A stretch of 64,000 nucleotides of DNA, taken from positions 107,435,128 to 107,499,127 of the forward strand of contig NC_068983.1 of assembly GCF_001194135.2 (NCBI RefSeq), read 5' to 3'. The number at the start of each line of letters is the position of its first letter. Within the stretch, counting starts at the first letter, position 1. Shown piece after piece: positions 35,153 through 48,640 of the stretch. Under the pieces are notes generated by a model. It was given only the letters and a program-made list of their open reading frames with translations. It ran no database searches and had not been told where the DNA came from. Both the position numbers and the translations under genes were made by a program. This stretch comes from Octopus bimaculoides. Lineage: Eukaryota.

Positions 35153-38100
35153 NNNNNNNNNNNNNNNNNNNNNNNNNNNNNNNNNNNNNNNNNNNNNNNN
35201 NNNNNNNNNNNNNNNNNNNNNNNNNNNNNNNNNNNNNNNNNNNNNNNNNNNNNNNNNNNNNNNNNNNNNNNNNNNNNNNNNNNNNNNNNNNNNNNNNNNN
35301 NNNNNNNNNNNNNNNNNNNNNNNNNNNNNNNNNNNNNNNNNNNNNNNNNNNNNNNNNNNNNNNNNNNNNNACCTAACCTACATAGGTTTTCCTTTCTGTG
35401 CTGCTGGGTGTAGTCTATTTGCAGCCGTAAATAAGTGTCTTGTTTCACTTTCAATAAATGTCTTGTTTCAATCTCAGAGGTGTTGACTTCTGCCACAACA
35501 GTTTTTTTTTTGGTGGGGTGGGGTGGGGGGCTTTTTACAATGTTGAATTTTCGCTGTCTTTCATTGTGTGTGTATTCATGTATATGCGTGTGTTTTCAAT
35601 GTGTATTTTCCATTTCACTTATGATTTTTAGGCATTTTTAAGGGAGAGTGAGGATGAGAAAGTACTGACGTTTCGAAGAGAGGGAAAAATACAAACAATA
35701 CACTTATTTCAGGCTCATCTCTGACTTCTTAATTTCAAGTTTCCCTTGGAGCTATAGCAAATTTTGTTTTTGCTGACATTATTTCTCCAGCATCATATTA
35801 GTGAACATATTCAACAGGAATGGGTTGGATGTTCCATACTATAGTATTTTTTCATGTTTCTCAGTCCTGTCTTCAGATTTGTGAAACACCAAATTTTTAG
35901 GATCTGTCCTTTCCACTTTCTGCCAAACCTTCTTTGGGCTACTTGTACCATAGAGACAACTCATCGTTAGCTTGGTGCCTTTTTTTGCATGGAGTATATA
36001 ACGTCCATTAATGTTGAATTTTTAAATGAATGAATGAATGAATGAATATCATGTGCAAGTATTGGCTAAAGCCTTTGATATTTAGTCATTTTACCTGTCC
36101 TTGTACTTAACACTTCATACCAGCATTCTGAGCAAGGTTGCTAAGTTACTTCTTGGCTTCATTTCAATAACTATTTTAGCATCTTGTTTGGATGTTACAA
36201 GAAATATTCTTTGCACTAGATCTGCTTTATTAGTTAATACTGAATTTCCTTTAAACCTTTATTCCAAAGGTCAGTTTGAACTTAAAATAAATGCTTTAAT
36301 AATTGCCCAGCAACAACACATAAAAGAAGTGAATATCTGAAGAATTAAAAGTGAACAGATTAAATAGTGCAGAAGCATTCCACTAAGAACTGTAATTATT
36401 CCTTCTATAAGGAATTCTTTTTCATTTCATGATATGGTAAGACTAACTTCAATTAGTTTTGACATTTATTGCTTCATGCTGATGTTGTGCCTATGTTGAT
36501 TAGGACAACAGTGAGTCTCGAGAACAAACTACAGTTTATTTCATGTTAAGTATTTAGGGGTGTTAGATAATGTTGAATCGATATCATTTCTCTTCGTAAA
36601 CATTACAAAAGTAGATGAAATAAATGATAGAGAAGACATATTTTATATGAAGTGCATCTAGCTTTAATTGACCAAAGTTTCGTCAGATCAAATACGTCAT
36701 TTGCTTAGAAAAATTACATTGCTTTGATTGAACTCAAGTGCATGTCTTTCTTTTTATTTCGCATCCATTCATACTGTATTAGCAAAAGAGTAATTGTTTA
36801 TGTAACTTTGAATATTTGCATACTTTTTGAACAACTGTGTATACAGTTCTAAACTCTGCCCACTCTAAACAAGTCAGTTCAGTTATAAAGTAGGGGCGTA
36901 ATCTGTTGTCCGTAATACAAACTAAGGCAAGCTATGTGATTTGCCTAGGGACACAACACAATTGCTCTAGTGATATTTGTAGTCTAAAACCAATATCTTG
37001 TAGCCATAAAAGTTTTACAATAATCCCAAGTGCTTCAACAAAATTTAAATCTCATCTTAATTTTAATCTATAAGCACAGCTTAGAGAATAGTAAATATAA
37101 CATGTTTTTAAAAAGTAGCATTTCAAGACATTGCTTACGCTGACACTGTTATAGTGTCATGAAGAGTACATAGGAATGATTTTCCATAGCTTTCTCCAGT
37201 TAAGGGGAAGAATGTGGTGCTTTTTCTAAAGACATTAGTCGTATATGTAACATGCAAAATAGTCTCAAATAGGAGTTGAAACTAGATCATCATTATGATT
37301 ATCATTGTCATTGATGTTTTGATGCTTTCATACTCATTTTCTATGCTAGAGTAAGTTGGAAATGTCTGGAGTATGGTATTTTGATATTCCAATCATGTCT
37401 GTGTCTTCCTTGTGAGGTTTAACATGTTGAACTCAGGTCTCATCATTTCTTTCCATATTATTTTTGGTCATTTCCTGTCATGGGTAGTCAACATTGTTGA
37501 CATACAGCACTATTTCACCAAACAGATGTTGTCCATTTAGATCCACACAAATATACTTATGCATTCACCTCTTCTGTTTATTGTCTAATGGTATGCCCAG
37601 CTGCTATCGATGCTCACATGCACGTTGCTAGAAATAGCAGTCAAATCTCCTTTAATCATGCTCCACTATCATAGGAAAGTCACATTAAACAATGTGAACA
37701 ATGTAGTCCAGGGTTCCCTGTCATTGGAAAAAGATGAGATGAAATAACTTTGATCATAGTTCTGCTTGATCAGAGCTGATATGAGGCTAAATGACAATAG
37801 AAACCATAAAAACATCCGTCATTCACCACTTGCATCAGACTACTCTATTACATGCACTGACATGACTCTCACAAGTCAATCAAACACTAATCTACCTGAA
37901 GTATGGGTTATGTTCTCCATAATCTTCCATATGTATATTAATAACCTGCTTATTATCTCATACACTCAATTCAGACACTACCCTTCATTGATTTTTAATA
38001 CATAGCACACAAGCATTATTTATATTCAAACCAGACATGTCCTGCTACTTGTGCACTGCCTCTATGAAGATATCCTTCAGTGGAAGACATGATAAGCTAA

Positions 38101-38345
38101 ACTTTCTAATTATTGGTTTCAAATTTTGGCACAAAGTCAGCAAGACTTCCAAATTATTACCATAATAAAGTTGCTACATGTATCAACAAAATAGCCTTGC
38201 ATCACAGAGTGCTATCTTATGGCATGGGCACACTGGGCAGATATTTGAGCCCCACATGTGTATAGGACTCATTTCAATCCTTTCCTAATCTATGTATGCT
38301 GTGATTGTGTATATTGCTTTGCCTGAGGGCCTATTGCGCTGTTAA

Positions 38346-38564
38346 CTCTTTAAGATTCAAATTTTTCTGTCAAATGTAAAGCTTATTGATTACATTGCTT
38401 GGAATTACTCATGCATTATCTTGTAGCTTTGAGATTTCAATGATGTGACTGTTTATCTTTAGAACGACATTGTACGGTAGGTGTGAGAGGCAGAATCTGG
38501 TCAGTTTGAACTGAAAAAAGGTAGAATATTTTGGCCAAATATGGCTAGTTTAAATACTAAAGTG
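38346..38564. mobile_element. piggyBac-like MITE flanked by TTAA
   Basis: TTAA|CTCTTTAAG ... CTAAAGTG|TTAA with degenerate CCCTTTAG-type ends. A related end starts at about 41765. Confidence 0.55.
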
Positions 38565-38879
38565 TTAAGGCACTTCTTTGGCATGCTTTTCCTATACATG
38601 AACAGTACATAATTAAATCTTCCAAAGTTTTTAAAATGTGAGGGCTCATAGTCTCATATTATTGTCATAGTGAGAATTCTTGCCAATGTTGCAACTCAAA
38701 TATTAGGCAGTGTCTTCAGAGCCAGAAAATACTTCACACTCAATCAGTTACCGAATCTTTACATAACTAATGTGGCACCTCACAATGGATTACACAATTC
38801 TTATGTCTGCTATACACACAAGTACCCTAATTAAGCTGCAGACAAAGGAAGGTTATTTAGTTGATCATCAAAAAGTTGC

Positions 38880-39500
38880 ACATCAACATATCATTGACAA
38901 GAAGACAAGATATTTCTTCTCTCTGTCTCTTCTACAATGGATTCTTCTTCTCTGAACTGCCTAGCTATGTACTACTTTTGCTTTGGCCCAATCAGCATGC
39001 CAATTTCTTTGCCTTACATTTTTTTTTTACTCTGTCACAATTATTAGATTCTAGATTCCATGCTAAACTTTTGGTCAATTTCTTTGCCTAGATCTGTAAT
39101 ACTATGCAATTACGTCCCACCTTGGCATTGATTTACAAATGTTCAAATTAAACATTAACCACCTCAATGTCAACAGTCTGGGAGAGCATACAAATGTCAC
39201 ATTCTACCAGACATTTTCTAAGTGGTCAAAAAAAACAACAAAAAAAAGCAACATTATGGTATTTACAGGAAAGCATAGTTCTTATAATTAAGCCAACAGT
39301 CTCCATATGGCAGTATTTCTTTCATCACTAGTTGTGGAACTGTGTATGTTTTGTGCAGTCCAATGTGCAGTAAGATTTTTTTGCAAACATTCTTCTTTTC
39401 CTTGCATCTGGAGATCACTTGGGAAATCATTTTAGTGGATACAATCTTCAATGGATTTCATGCTTTTTACATGTTTTTGTAACCAAGTCTATGACCAGAG
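38880..39500 (-). mobile_element. Highly decayed LINE RT-region fragment
   Basis: Coding-like composition with scattered LINE-like peptides and no open frame. Confidence 0.3.
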
Positions 39501-40069
39501 CAGAATTTTGTAGGAAATTTTTGATGAACTGTAAAAAGACCATAAACTAGTAAAAAATTAATAATTTGCTAACTTTTTGTACTTATTTGCTAACATAGAT
39601 TGTTATTTCTTTCTTCACATTGTACTATTTAACTAAAATCTATCGTTACTATCACTGGTACATCAGTGCAAAAATTTTAATGTCTATGGTACAAGCTGAG
39701 AAGATGAAAAAATAACATCTGAGCGAAAAGTAAGCTCTTTCAATACAGATTCTTAGATAGTATTAGTCTCCCTACTTACAAAGAGATCAATATTATCTCA
39801 GTGCAGCAAAGCTTTAAGGATATCTGCAAATAGAATACAAGACAACAGGTTATATGTGTAAACAATATTAGCTTTATATAAATGAGCTTGATAGTTGCAG
39901 AGACACAAGAAATTCTAGAAGAGGAACATGTGGAAGCTGAAACATCTCTCAGCCAGGCATAGGCTCAAAGAAGTGCTAAATGCCATATATGTTGAAACGG
40001 GGAAGGAGATAGAGACTTATAATGTAGACAACTGGGAGTTTCTAGTAGATCAGATCTGGGAATGAAGCA

Positions 40070-40625
40070 AGGTTCAGTCACACAAAAAGTGACAAGGTTT
40101 GTGCCAAGGCAGTGTACCATTCATGCTGTCTTCCAAATGCAACATCTAATGGAGAAGTTTTTAGCGAATAACAAGTCACTCAATCTTGCATTCCTGGAAG
40201 TGGAAACGGCCTCCATTGTTTAGTGATCTTTAAGAAAACTAAAAAACTGGGTGTGAATGAATTGCTTGTGAGAGCCATGCAATCCCTGTACAGAGATGCT
40301 GTCAACAAGGTTAGAGTTACAAGTAACTTAGCACACAAGTAACTTAGCACACAAGTGTCTATTACTTTGGTACTCAGCTTGTGTCAGAGCAGAATTTTTT
40401 ATGTCCAGGTTTCTATGGAAACTTTGATATGATGTTGATCTAAATCCCATAGAAAAATCTGTCAAAGATTTCAGATGTGTCAGTAACATCAAGAACTAAA
40501 AAGCTTCATAGTAAACACTGTAAAAGCAAACGTTTTAGTGAGTAGGAAAGAAGTTAGGACTCCACCACCATTTGAGAGATGGCCATGTTTGATATGCAGA
40601 AAAACAATTGGTAGGAGTCTCATAA
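40070..40625 (+). mobile_element. Degenerate RTE-clade LINE RT fragment related to 50870-51960
   Basis: Fragments FVPRQCTIHAVFQMQHLMEKF, LKKLGVNELLVRAMQSLYRDAVNKVR and ERWPCLICRKTIG parallel the 51 kb copy. Confidence 0.7.
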
Positions 40626-41969
40626 GATGTAATGCCGCATATCTTGTTAGATTTTAAAATAATACTCTTTGGGGATACTGTGGATTTATAGCAATGACCA
40701 TGCTATGGAAATGTAATGAAATATTTTCATACATCACAGTAGACAACACTATTATGAAATAATGGAAAATGAATTGAGAATCCCTCATGTCTTGGGATTA
40801 ATGTGCTCCCAGAAAATCTTGTTGTTATACAAAATCCTGTAATGCAAAATTAATTTTCCCATTGATTTTCATGTTATAAAATGAGAATGATTTCTGACAG
40901 ATTTAAAAAAAAAAAAAAACGAATTAAAGAAAAGACAAAGAAAAAGAAAACATGAAAAACAACATGACAATTTTTATATGCAGAAATAACAATTCCTAAA
41001 TATACACAGTGCAATATGTCTGGATAAAAACGTTTGAAGATAAATACATTAAGGAATAAATAAGAATGATATGTTCTTACAACAAAAGATGTTGACTACT
41101 GTGTGAGGGGTGATGATGGTGGAATGAAAGTTACTGGAAGGATGAGAGATATTATCTTCTGTCTCATAATTCATTATCTTTGAGGGGCAGAGAACTTATC
41201 TAAAATTGTTTGAGATTTATGGAGCATCATCTTTTTGTACGGCTCCAGGTAAAGATTGACAAGAACAAGAAAGAAATAGGAGAGAGAGACTGATGAGAAA
41301 GAAAGAGAGAGAAGAAAGATGCATATAAGAGAGAGAGAATGTACAACACACACACACACACACATGTGGCCTGTGTCAATGACACATAACAGTATCCATA
41401 CAGGTATCACCAGTGGTGGTGACTTATAAAAGGTACCCACTACACTCACAGAGGGGTTGGTGTTAGGAAGAGTATCCAACTGTAGAAACTGTCTAACTCA
41501 TACCAAAAAGGTGAATTACAAATGTCACTAAATGTGAGTAGGGTGTCGGGAAACACCTACATTGCTAGAAATAAGAGCTAAACAGCTTTAATACTGTAGC
41601 TAACACACATGAATGAAAACATATACACTAACAAGGACCACAATCATCCAAAAAGCACTGATTGAGAAATCTTAGTGCTGATGTGTCAGTTTTGGCAATT
41701 TCCATTAAGACAGCTCGACTACAGCTGAGGCAAAAGAAATTGCCAAAACTCTTCCTTTTCTCATTTAATCTTTTAGCTTTTAAAGTGGCCATGTCTGGCC
41801 TAAATATTCCACTTGTTTTATGTTCAAATTGGCCCAGATCCAGCCACTCATACCTACCATATAATGTCATTCTAAATACAAGCATACCATTGATATCTCA
41901 GAGCTATGAGATACTGCATGATTAATTCAAAAGAATGTGAATAAATAAGCATTACATGTGATTTTCAGT

Positions 41970-42150
41970 TGAGGAATGTATATTGTGTGCTATGAGTTTG
42001 TTTACAGTATGAAGTAGTGGAGGTGTATGTTGGCGTATGTACTGGTAGGTTTACGAAGGTAGGGGAGAGGTAGGTGAAATAAGGGAAAAAGAATTTTTTA
42101 GAATGTAAGGAAAAATACAGAAAGAAGTATGTAAATGACAATAAAGAATT
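41970..42150 (-). mobile_element. Short Penelope-like RT fragment
   Basis: YFTYLSPTFVNLPVHTPTYTSTT resembles the PLE RT segment LD..L.PLV..LP.YI.DT. Confidence 0.3.
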
Positions 42151-42159
42151 AAATGGAAG

Positions 42160-42191
<32 letters not shown>

Positions 42192-42194
42192 CCC

Positions 42195-42470
42195 ATGCAC
42201 TTAGAAAATTCAAGGCAAGGTTGGTTATGGAAGACCAGCAGTCATCCATACATATCAGTCTCCCCTCTCCATGCCATTGATGTTGTCCTAGACTGATACA
42301 GCTTTGCACCAATGAGGCTGCAACTCATTTCTACAGCTAAGTAAATTGGAGCAATGTGAAATAAATGGTCTTGCTGAAGAACACATCACTCAGCCTGGTC
42401 TGGAAATTGAGCTCATTACGACATGATTATGAGCCCCGTGCTCTAACCACTGAGCCATTCACCTTCACAA
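42195..42470 (-). mobile_element. SINE family C-related, degenerate
   Basis: CTCTAACCACTGAGCC head end and TGTCTTGCT.AAGAACAC core on the opposite strand. Confidence 0.65.
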
Positions 42471-42879
42471 AGACACATATACCTGTAATGTAACTCTCAG
42501 GCCAAATCAGTGTGAAATAGTGTGACAAGGCTGGGCTTTTGAATGACAGGTACAAAACAATGAACAGTAAAAGTGAAAGAGAGAGAGAGAGTGGGGGGAG
42601 AAGATGGTGAGAAAGGGAGAGAGAGAGAAATTGAACTTGAAACTTTGGGTGATCCTATTTCCCTCAAATGTGATGTGTGTCACTTAGCTACAAAGACCAC
42701 CACAAGAACATCTGTTGTGGATTTATTTCAAACTGAAAGTGAATGGGAGAGAAACTGACTTCAGTACTAGAACAGAATCGCACTTAATTTATCCCACCTA
42801 AAAGGATGAATGGCAAAGTTGGTCTCTGTAGTATTTGTATGTATCACAAAGATCTACAATGAACACTGCAAGGCGTTGT

Positions 42880-43302
42880 TCTTTTATTCTTTTACATGTT
42901 TCAGTCATTTGACTGTAGCCATGCTGGGGCACTGCCTTAAAGGGGTTTTACTCGAAAAAAATCAACCTCGGAACTCATTCGTTGTAAGCCAAGTACTTAT
43001 TCTATTGGTGTCATCTACCAAACTGCTAAGTTACATGGATGTAAACACAGCAGCGCTGGTTGTCAAGCAGTGACAGGGCGGGGAACAAACACAGACACAA
43101 AGCACACACACATAGATACACACACACACACACATATATACAGTGGACTTCTTTCAGTTTCCATCTACCAAATCCACTCTCAAGGCATTGGTCAGCCTGC
43201 ATTTATAGTAGAAGACACTAGCACGAGGTGCCACACAGTGGGACTGAACCTGGAAGCATGTAGTTGGGAAGCAAGCTTCTAAACACACAGCCTCACCTGC
43301 GC
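42880..43302 (-). mobile_element. SINE family A, full length
   Basis: Head and 3' core both present. Confidence 0.85.
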
Positions 43303-43837
43303 ATATGATATTTTAATGATTCCACTAGTCTGTAGTTTGAGAGTTTCAGTAAAATGGACATTTATAGCTAGAAAAATTCTTCAAGTATAAAAATCACCCA
43401 CTGAATATTTTAAAGTTTGAAATGAGTTTAAGAAGAAACTCACAATGAAGCAAGCAAACAATAGGAGAAATCTTCAGAACTCTCATCAAGCAAGTGTTCC
43501 AACTCATTAGTTCCAGACATTCTAAGGGAATCAGACCCACCTCCTAGGTTGTGACACATTGGTGCCCTTCTGAAGTTTTTGAAATGCCACCTTTAGTGTG
43601 GCTTGAACTTGGGATCTTGGATGTTCGTATTTCCCTGAACTTTGGTGTGTGTCACTCAGCCACAAAGAAACCATATTGATTTTGAAACATTCTCTCTCTT
43701 TCTACCACAGAAGAATGGGAAGGCTAAAAATTTTAGAACCTATGGACAAGCTGTATGTAGTACTACTACCTCTAAGTTAGGGAGAAGTCAATGTTACTGC
43801 ATAGATATGCTTATGCACACATTTATACATACATATG

Positions 43838-43945
<108 letters not shown>

Positions 43946-44774
43946 CACATGTATATATACATATATGTGAGAGAGACAGACTATATACACATTTCTATCA
44001 ATCAATCAATCAATCTACCTATCTATTTATCTATCTACCTATCAATCTCTTTTTTATTTCTTCCCTCCTCTCTTCCTCTCTCCTTTTCTTTCTTCCTCTC
44101 TCTCCACACACACACATATATGAGTGCATATGCACTTATATATATATATGTATATATACATATGCATGCATGCATGTGTGTGTGTGTGAGTTTGTGTGTG
44201 TGCGTGCATGCACGTGTCTAGTGAATTGTAGCAGCAGTCATTTCAACATGTGCTCAAATCAGATATGTCAACCTGGTTAATTATTATTTTTTTTTTTTAT
44301 GTGGATATTCTCCAGTGAACTAATAATGACCATTTTTATATTCATTGATTAGTTGTAATTAAGACCAAACAGTATCTATATTTATTTTATATTCTTAGAG
44401 AAACAACATCCAGGATATGACACTTACTGTTATATTTTAAAATACCTCAATACTGCAGCTGCCCAACTTGATGACTTGCCAACTTATCATCAAAGAAGTA
44501 TATCTTGTTACTGGCACATCTGCCAATGCATTTAAACTCCACTTGCTCCAATAAAACCAGGTGTAAATAAATATCCTGTGCATGTACATTTTACCCCTGT
44601 GAATTATATGATATTAAGGGAACCTCTGTGTGGTTGTTTTGATCTATGAGTTACAACAACCAAATTTCATTCATATCATCATACTCTTCTGTGTATATTT
44701 ATGTATGTATGTATGTATGTATGTATGTATGTATGTATGTATGTATGTATGAGTATATGTATGCATACTCATTT

Positions 44775-45001
44775 ACTCTTTTTACTCTTTTACTTGTTTC
44801 AGTCATTTGACTGTGGCCATGCTGGAGCACCGCCTTTAGTCGAACTAATCGACCCAGGACTTATTCTTTGTAAGCCTAGTACTTATTTTATCGGTCTCTT
44901 TTGCTGAACCTCTAAGTTACATGGACGTAAACACACCAGCATCGGTTGTCAAGTGATGTTGGGGGGACAAACACAGACACACACACACACACACACACAC
45001 A
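44775..45001 (-). mobile_element. SINE family A, 3' half running into a gap
   Basis: Near-consensus 3' core. Confidence 0.9.
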
Positions 45002-45860
45002 NNNNNNNNNNNNNNNNNNNNNNNNNNNNNNNNNNNNNNNNNNNNNNNNNNNNNNNNNNNNNNNNNNNNNNNNNNNNNNNNNNNNNNNNNNNNNNNNNNN
45101 NNNNNNNNNNNNNNNNNNNNNNNNNNNNNNNNNNNNNNNNNNNNNNNNNNNNNNNNNNNNNNNNNNNNNNNNNNNNNNNNNNNNNNNNNNNNNNNNNNNN
45201 NNNNNNNNNNNNNNNNNNNNNNNNNNNNNNNNNNNNNNNNNNNNNNNNNNNNNNNNNNNNNNNNNNNNNNNNNNNNNNNNNNNNNNNNNNNNNNNNNNNN
45301 NNNNNNNNNNNNNNNNNNNNNNNNNNNNNNNNNNNNNNNNNNNNNGGTGATGGTTTAAATGTGTAATTTTCGAATCAGCTTTCTCCTTTCTGGTTTTGAG
45401 AAGCCTAGATTGGTACTTAGGCAGTGTCACATATCCCAGTGCCCCCAAAATTACAGGGACAAACCTGAACTTATGACCTGGTTAGAGTAACAATAGATTT
45501 CTCAATAGTTCTGCATAGGTATTTTCTTTTATGCTGATCTTTAGCCTTCTCTATGTATGTATGTATGTATAGATATGTGTGTATATACACACACACTCAT
45601 ATATATTGTGTTATTGTGTGTGTGCATATGTATATATTGAATCTAAGTTTGAGTTTGGTAATATCTTGGTATATTCGTTATATATGCAGCACTCACTACA
45701 AATTCCTAGCTATCCACACATTAACACTGGTATTTAATAAGGTCCAATGAGTGTAGGAACTCAGGTACTTATCATTGGTGTAGTTAGTGAGTAATTATTG
45801 ACCAAAATAACATAGAAGACAAATAAGTTAATGACATTCAATATAACGTAAGTTTAAAAG

Positions 45861-45905
45861 TGGTTACAGTTGTTTCAGTGAGGAGGAGATTGTATCATCA
45901 GATCC
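45861..45905 (-). ncRNA. Strongly decayed hammerhead ribozyme-like motif
   Basis: Minus strand reads GGAU-CUGAUGA-UACAAUCUCCUCCUCACU-GAAAC-AACU-GUA-ACCA. It shares GGAUCUGAUGAUACA and the GUA triplet with the 59707 ribozyme, but stem II does not pair and stem I is imperfect. Confidence 0.4.
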
Positions 45906-46809
45906 TGTTCTTACTGTTGAAATAAAGGTTTGTTCTAGTAAAACTGTTATTTATATTACAGAAGTGATTTTTAAATTCTCAAATGCAGGATAATACTAAT
46001 AATATAGCCTGAACAGGATAAGCTACCCCTATTTTGCAAAAAAAAAGTGTCATTGTCCCCTATTTTGCAGAAAAAAGTCTCCTTGTCCTTTATAATTAAT
46101 TTCTACTTTTCCATTATTTATTTTTCATTAAACCTTTCGTTACTGTATTTATTTTGAGATGCTCTGTGTTTCTTTCAATCACTTTAAGTATAACAATTTA
46201 GTTATCATTCAGCTAGTGTTAGGAACATAAATTGTGACTAAGGTTTGGTGGAAGATTTTAATTCAAAACTTATGAAAACAGGACATTTGTACNNNNNNNN
46301 NNNNNNNNNNNNNNNNNNNNNNNNNNNNNNNNNNNNNNNNNNNNNNNNNNNNNNNNNNNNNNNNNNNNNNNNNNNNNNNNNNNNNNNNNNNNNNNNNNNN
46401 NNNNNNNNNNNNNNNNNNGTTAATTCTGTCATTACAATACTAAAATAAACAACTTTCAAGGTTGGCATCTTTTGTTTATTCTCCACTGTGTCTTGAATAA
46501 TGTTAATACCAATCTGTATTTTGAAATCCTTGGCAGTGTTTCTTTGGATCCCATTGCTATTCTCATACATGAATTTTAACTAAATGACTAATCCTTGATT
46601 AAATAATTAACTCATGAACATGTCAATTGGTTAATTCAATTGTCTCAAAAAATTGAGTATATTTATTCACTTCCTTCCTAATTCACTCACCTATTTTATA
46701 GCTAGAAATCTTTGTGTATTATGTTGAATGCCAGTGAATATAATGTTGAATACCATTTTGAATATTAATTTTTTTCTATAATTTGTTTTTGTCAGTTCAT
46801 TTATTTATA

Positions 46810-46980
46810 ATGGTTTCAAATTTTTGCACAAGGCTAGCAATTTCAGGGGAAAGATAAGTTGATTACATCGATCCCACTATTCAGCTGGTACTTATTATTT
46901 AATCAACTCTGAAAGGATGAAAAGCAAAGTTGACCTCGGTGGAGTTTGAAATCAGAATGTAAAGACAGGCAAAATGCCTT
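46810..46980 (-). mobile_element. SINE family B, 5'-truncated
   Basis: GAAAGGATGAAAAGCAAAGTTGACCTCGGTGGAGTTTGAA core. Confidence 0.8.
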
Positions 46981-47189
46981 ACCTAACTATAGGTTTCTTA
47001 CCTAACTATAGGTTTCTTGATCTTAAAGTGGGGGAAATGCTCCAGTGAGTAAGATATGATTCAGACTTGGCTCAAATGGTTGCAATCTATGATAGTGTTT
47101 AACCCAGTGATAGACTAAAGCTCTACCACACTAGAAAGTAGAATGTAAAGAGCCAGAAGAAATATTGCAATGTATCAAGTCTAACGCTC

Positions 47190-47530
47190 TAGCTATTCTA
47201 TCAATAACTAAGTGGCATTCTGTAGGTTATGACAATGAGAATCCCAGTTGATCTGATCAATGGAACTGCCTGCTCATAAAAATAACATGCAAGGGTATTG
47301 AGCACTCCACTGACATGCATACCCTTAACATAGTTCTCAGGGAGATTCAGTGTGACACAGAATGTGATTTTGCTGGCCCTTTGAAATACAGGTACTATTC
47401 ATTTTTGCCAGCTGAATGAACTGGATCAGTAGGAAAATAAAGTTCCCCATTCAAAGACACAATCTGGAATTGAACCTACAACCTTATGACCATGAGCTGA
47501 ATACCCTAACCACTGAGTCATGTGCCCTCA
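47190..47530 (-). mobile_element. SINE family C-related, degenerate
   Basis: CCCTAACCACTGAG head end and GCCAGCTGAATGAACTGGA core. Confidence 0.6.
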
Positions 47531-47699
47531 CTATTCCATCAATACATCATCATGAACTGAAACCCTGAAAAGATGAAGGGAAAATGTAACCAAGGTGAGA
47601 CTTGAACTCAGAGAGCCATAACAAATACCACAAGATATTTTATCTTATGCCTTAATGACTTTGCCAAAGTAGACTTTACCAAGTGAGTGTTCCTTTTGT

Positions 47700-48110
47700 T
47701 TAATGAATTGATCTCTTTTCTCATTGAATTATAATGTAGCTTAGTATTCTTAGTAAAGCCTTTCACTCTCTGTGGAGCATAGGCCATTAATGACTTTACT
47801 CCACTGCGCTCTGGGATTTCTTTCCTGCTTTTCTCCAGTTGCATCCTTCTTTCCCACATCTTGTTGGTTCTGAATTGTCTTTGTTGCTTTTGTAACTATC
47901 CTTAATCTTAGAGATGGGTGTTGGCTTTATGCCATTCCATTTTTACCGTTGAGAAGAGTTGGTCCATATCAGACTAGCATCTATTTTTTGATCAGTCCAG
48001 CATGAATATAAGCCATCACACTGTCCAACATGGACAGCTCTATTAGGAGCTTGTGCCCTGCTGGTATAGCTCTCAGCTTGATTGAGGTACACAAGCCATC
48101 AAATTGAAAT
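47700..48110. mobile_element. RTE-like LINE terminal fragments
   Basis: Minus-strand ORF ends ..KSLMAYAPQRVKG, like RTE 3' ends, next to an RTE-5'UTR-like CCTGCTGGTATAGCTCTCAG..GGTACACAAGCC segment. Confidence 0.35.
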
Positions 48111-48339
48111 GAGTGGGACTTTTGGTAGAAGTGGTTAAGTATGCATCATATATTTTGAAAAGGAATCAGTATAATACAGTATAACAAGATTAGACCTTTC
48201 ACTCAAAAATCCTGTCCAGCCAACAGGCTTCCACACAGTTTCCATCTATCCACTTTCAGTCTTATAACTAATGTCAACCCAAGCATGCACATATTTCACT
48301 ACATACATACATACATACATACATACAAACATACACACA

Positions 48340-48640
48340 GGGGCTCACAGTCACGAGGTAGTGAGTTTTGTTCCCAGACCGGGCTGTGTGTTGTGTTCTT
48401 GAGCAAGGCACTTTATTTTACTTTGCTCCACTTCACTCAGCTGTGGAAATGAATTGTGACTTAAATGGTGCCAAGCTGTATTGGCCTTTGCCTTTCCCTT
48501 GGACAACATCAATAGTGGGGAGAGGGGAGACTGGTCTGCATGGACGACTGCTGGTCTTCCATAAACAACCTTTTCTGGACTTGTGCCTTGGAAGGGAACT
48601 TTCTAGGCACAATCCCATTGTCATTCATGACTGAAAGGGG
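48340..48640 (+). mobile_element. SINE family C-related
   Basis: TGTTGTGTTCTTGAGCAAGGCACTTTATTT..CTCCACTTCACTCAGCTG core. Confidence 0.75.

Larger units (their letters stand above)
33191..35620 (+). mobile_element. hAT transposon deletion derivative, copy 1, interrupted by foldback and other repeats at 34322-35152
   Basis: Left end CAGAGGTGTGCACTCTCAGG. Encodes the hAT dimerisation-type segment ASVERSFFVLSRIKTYQRNATGERRLSGLALMSIEKDL. The segment 35371-35600 matches copy 2 at about 58210-58400. Confidence 0.85.
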
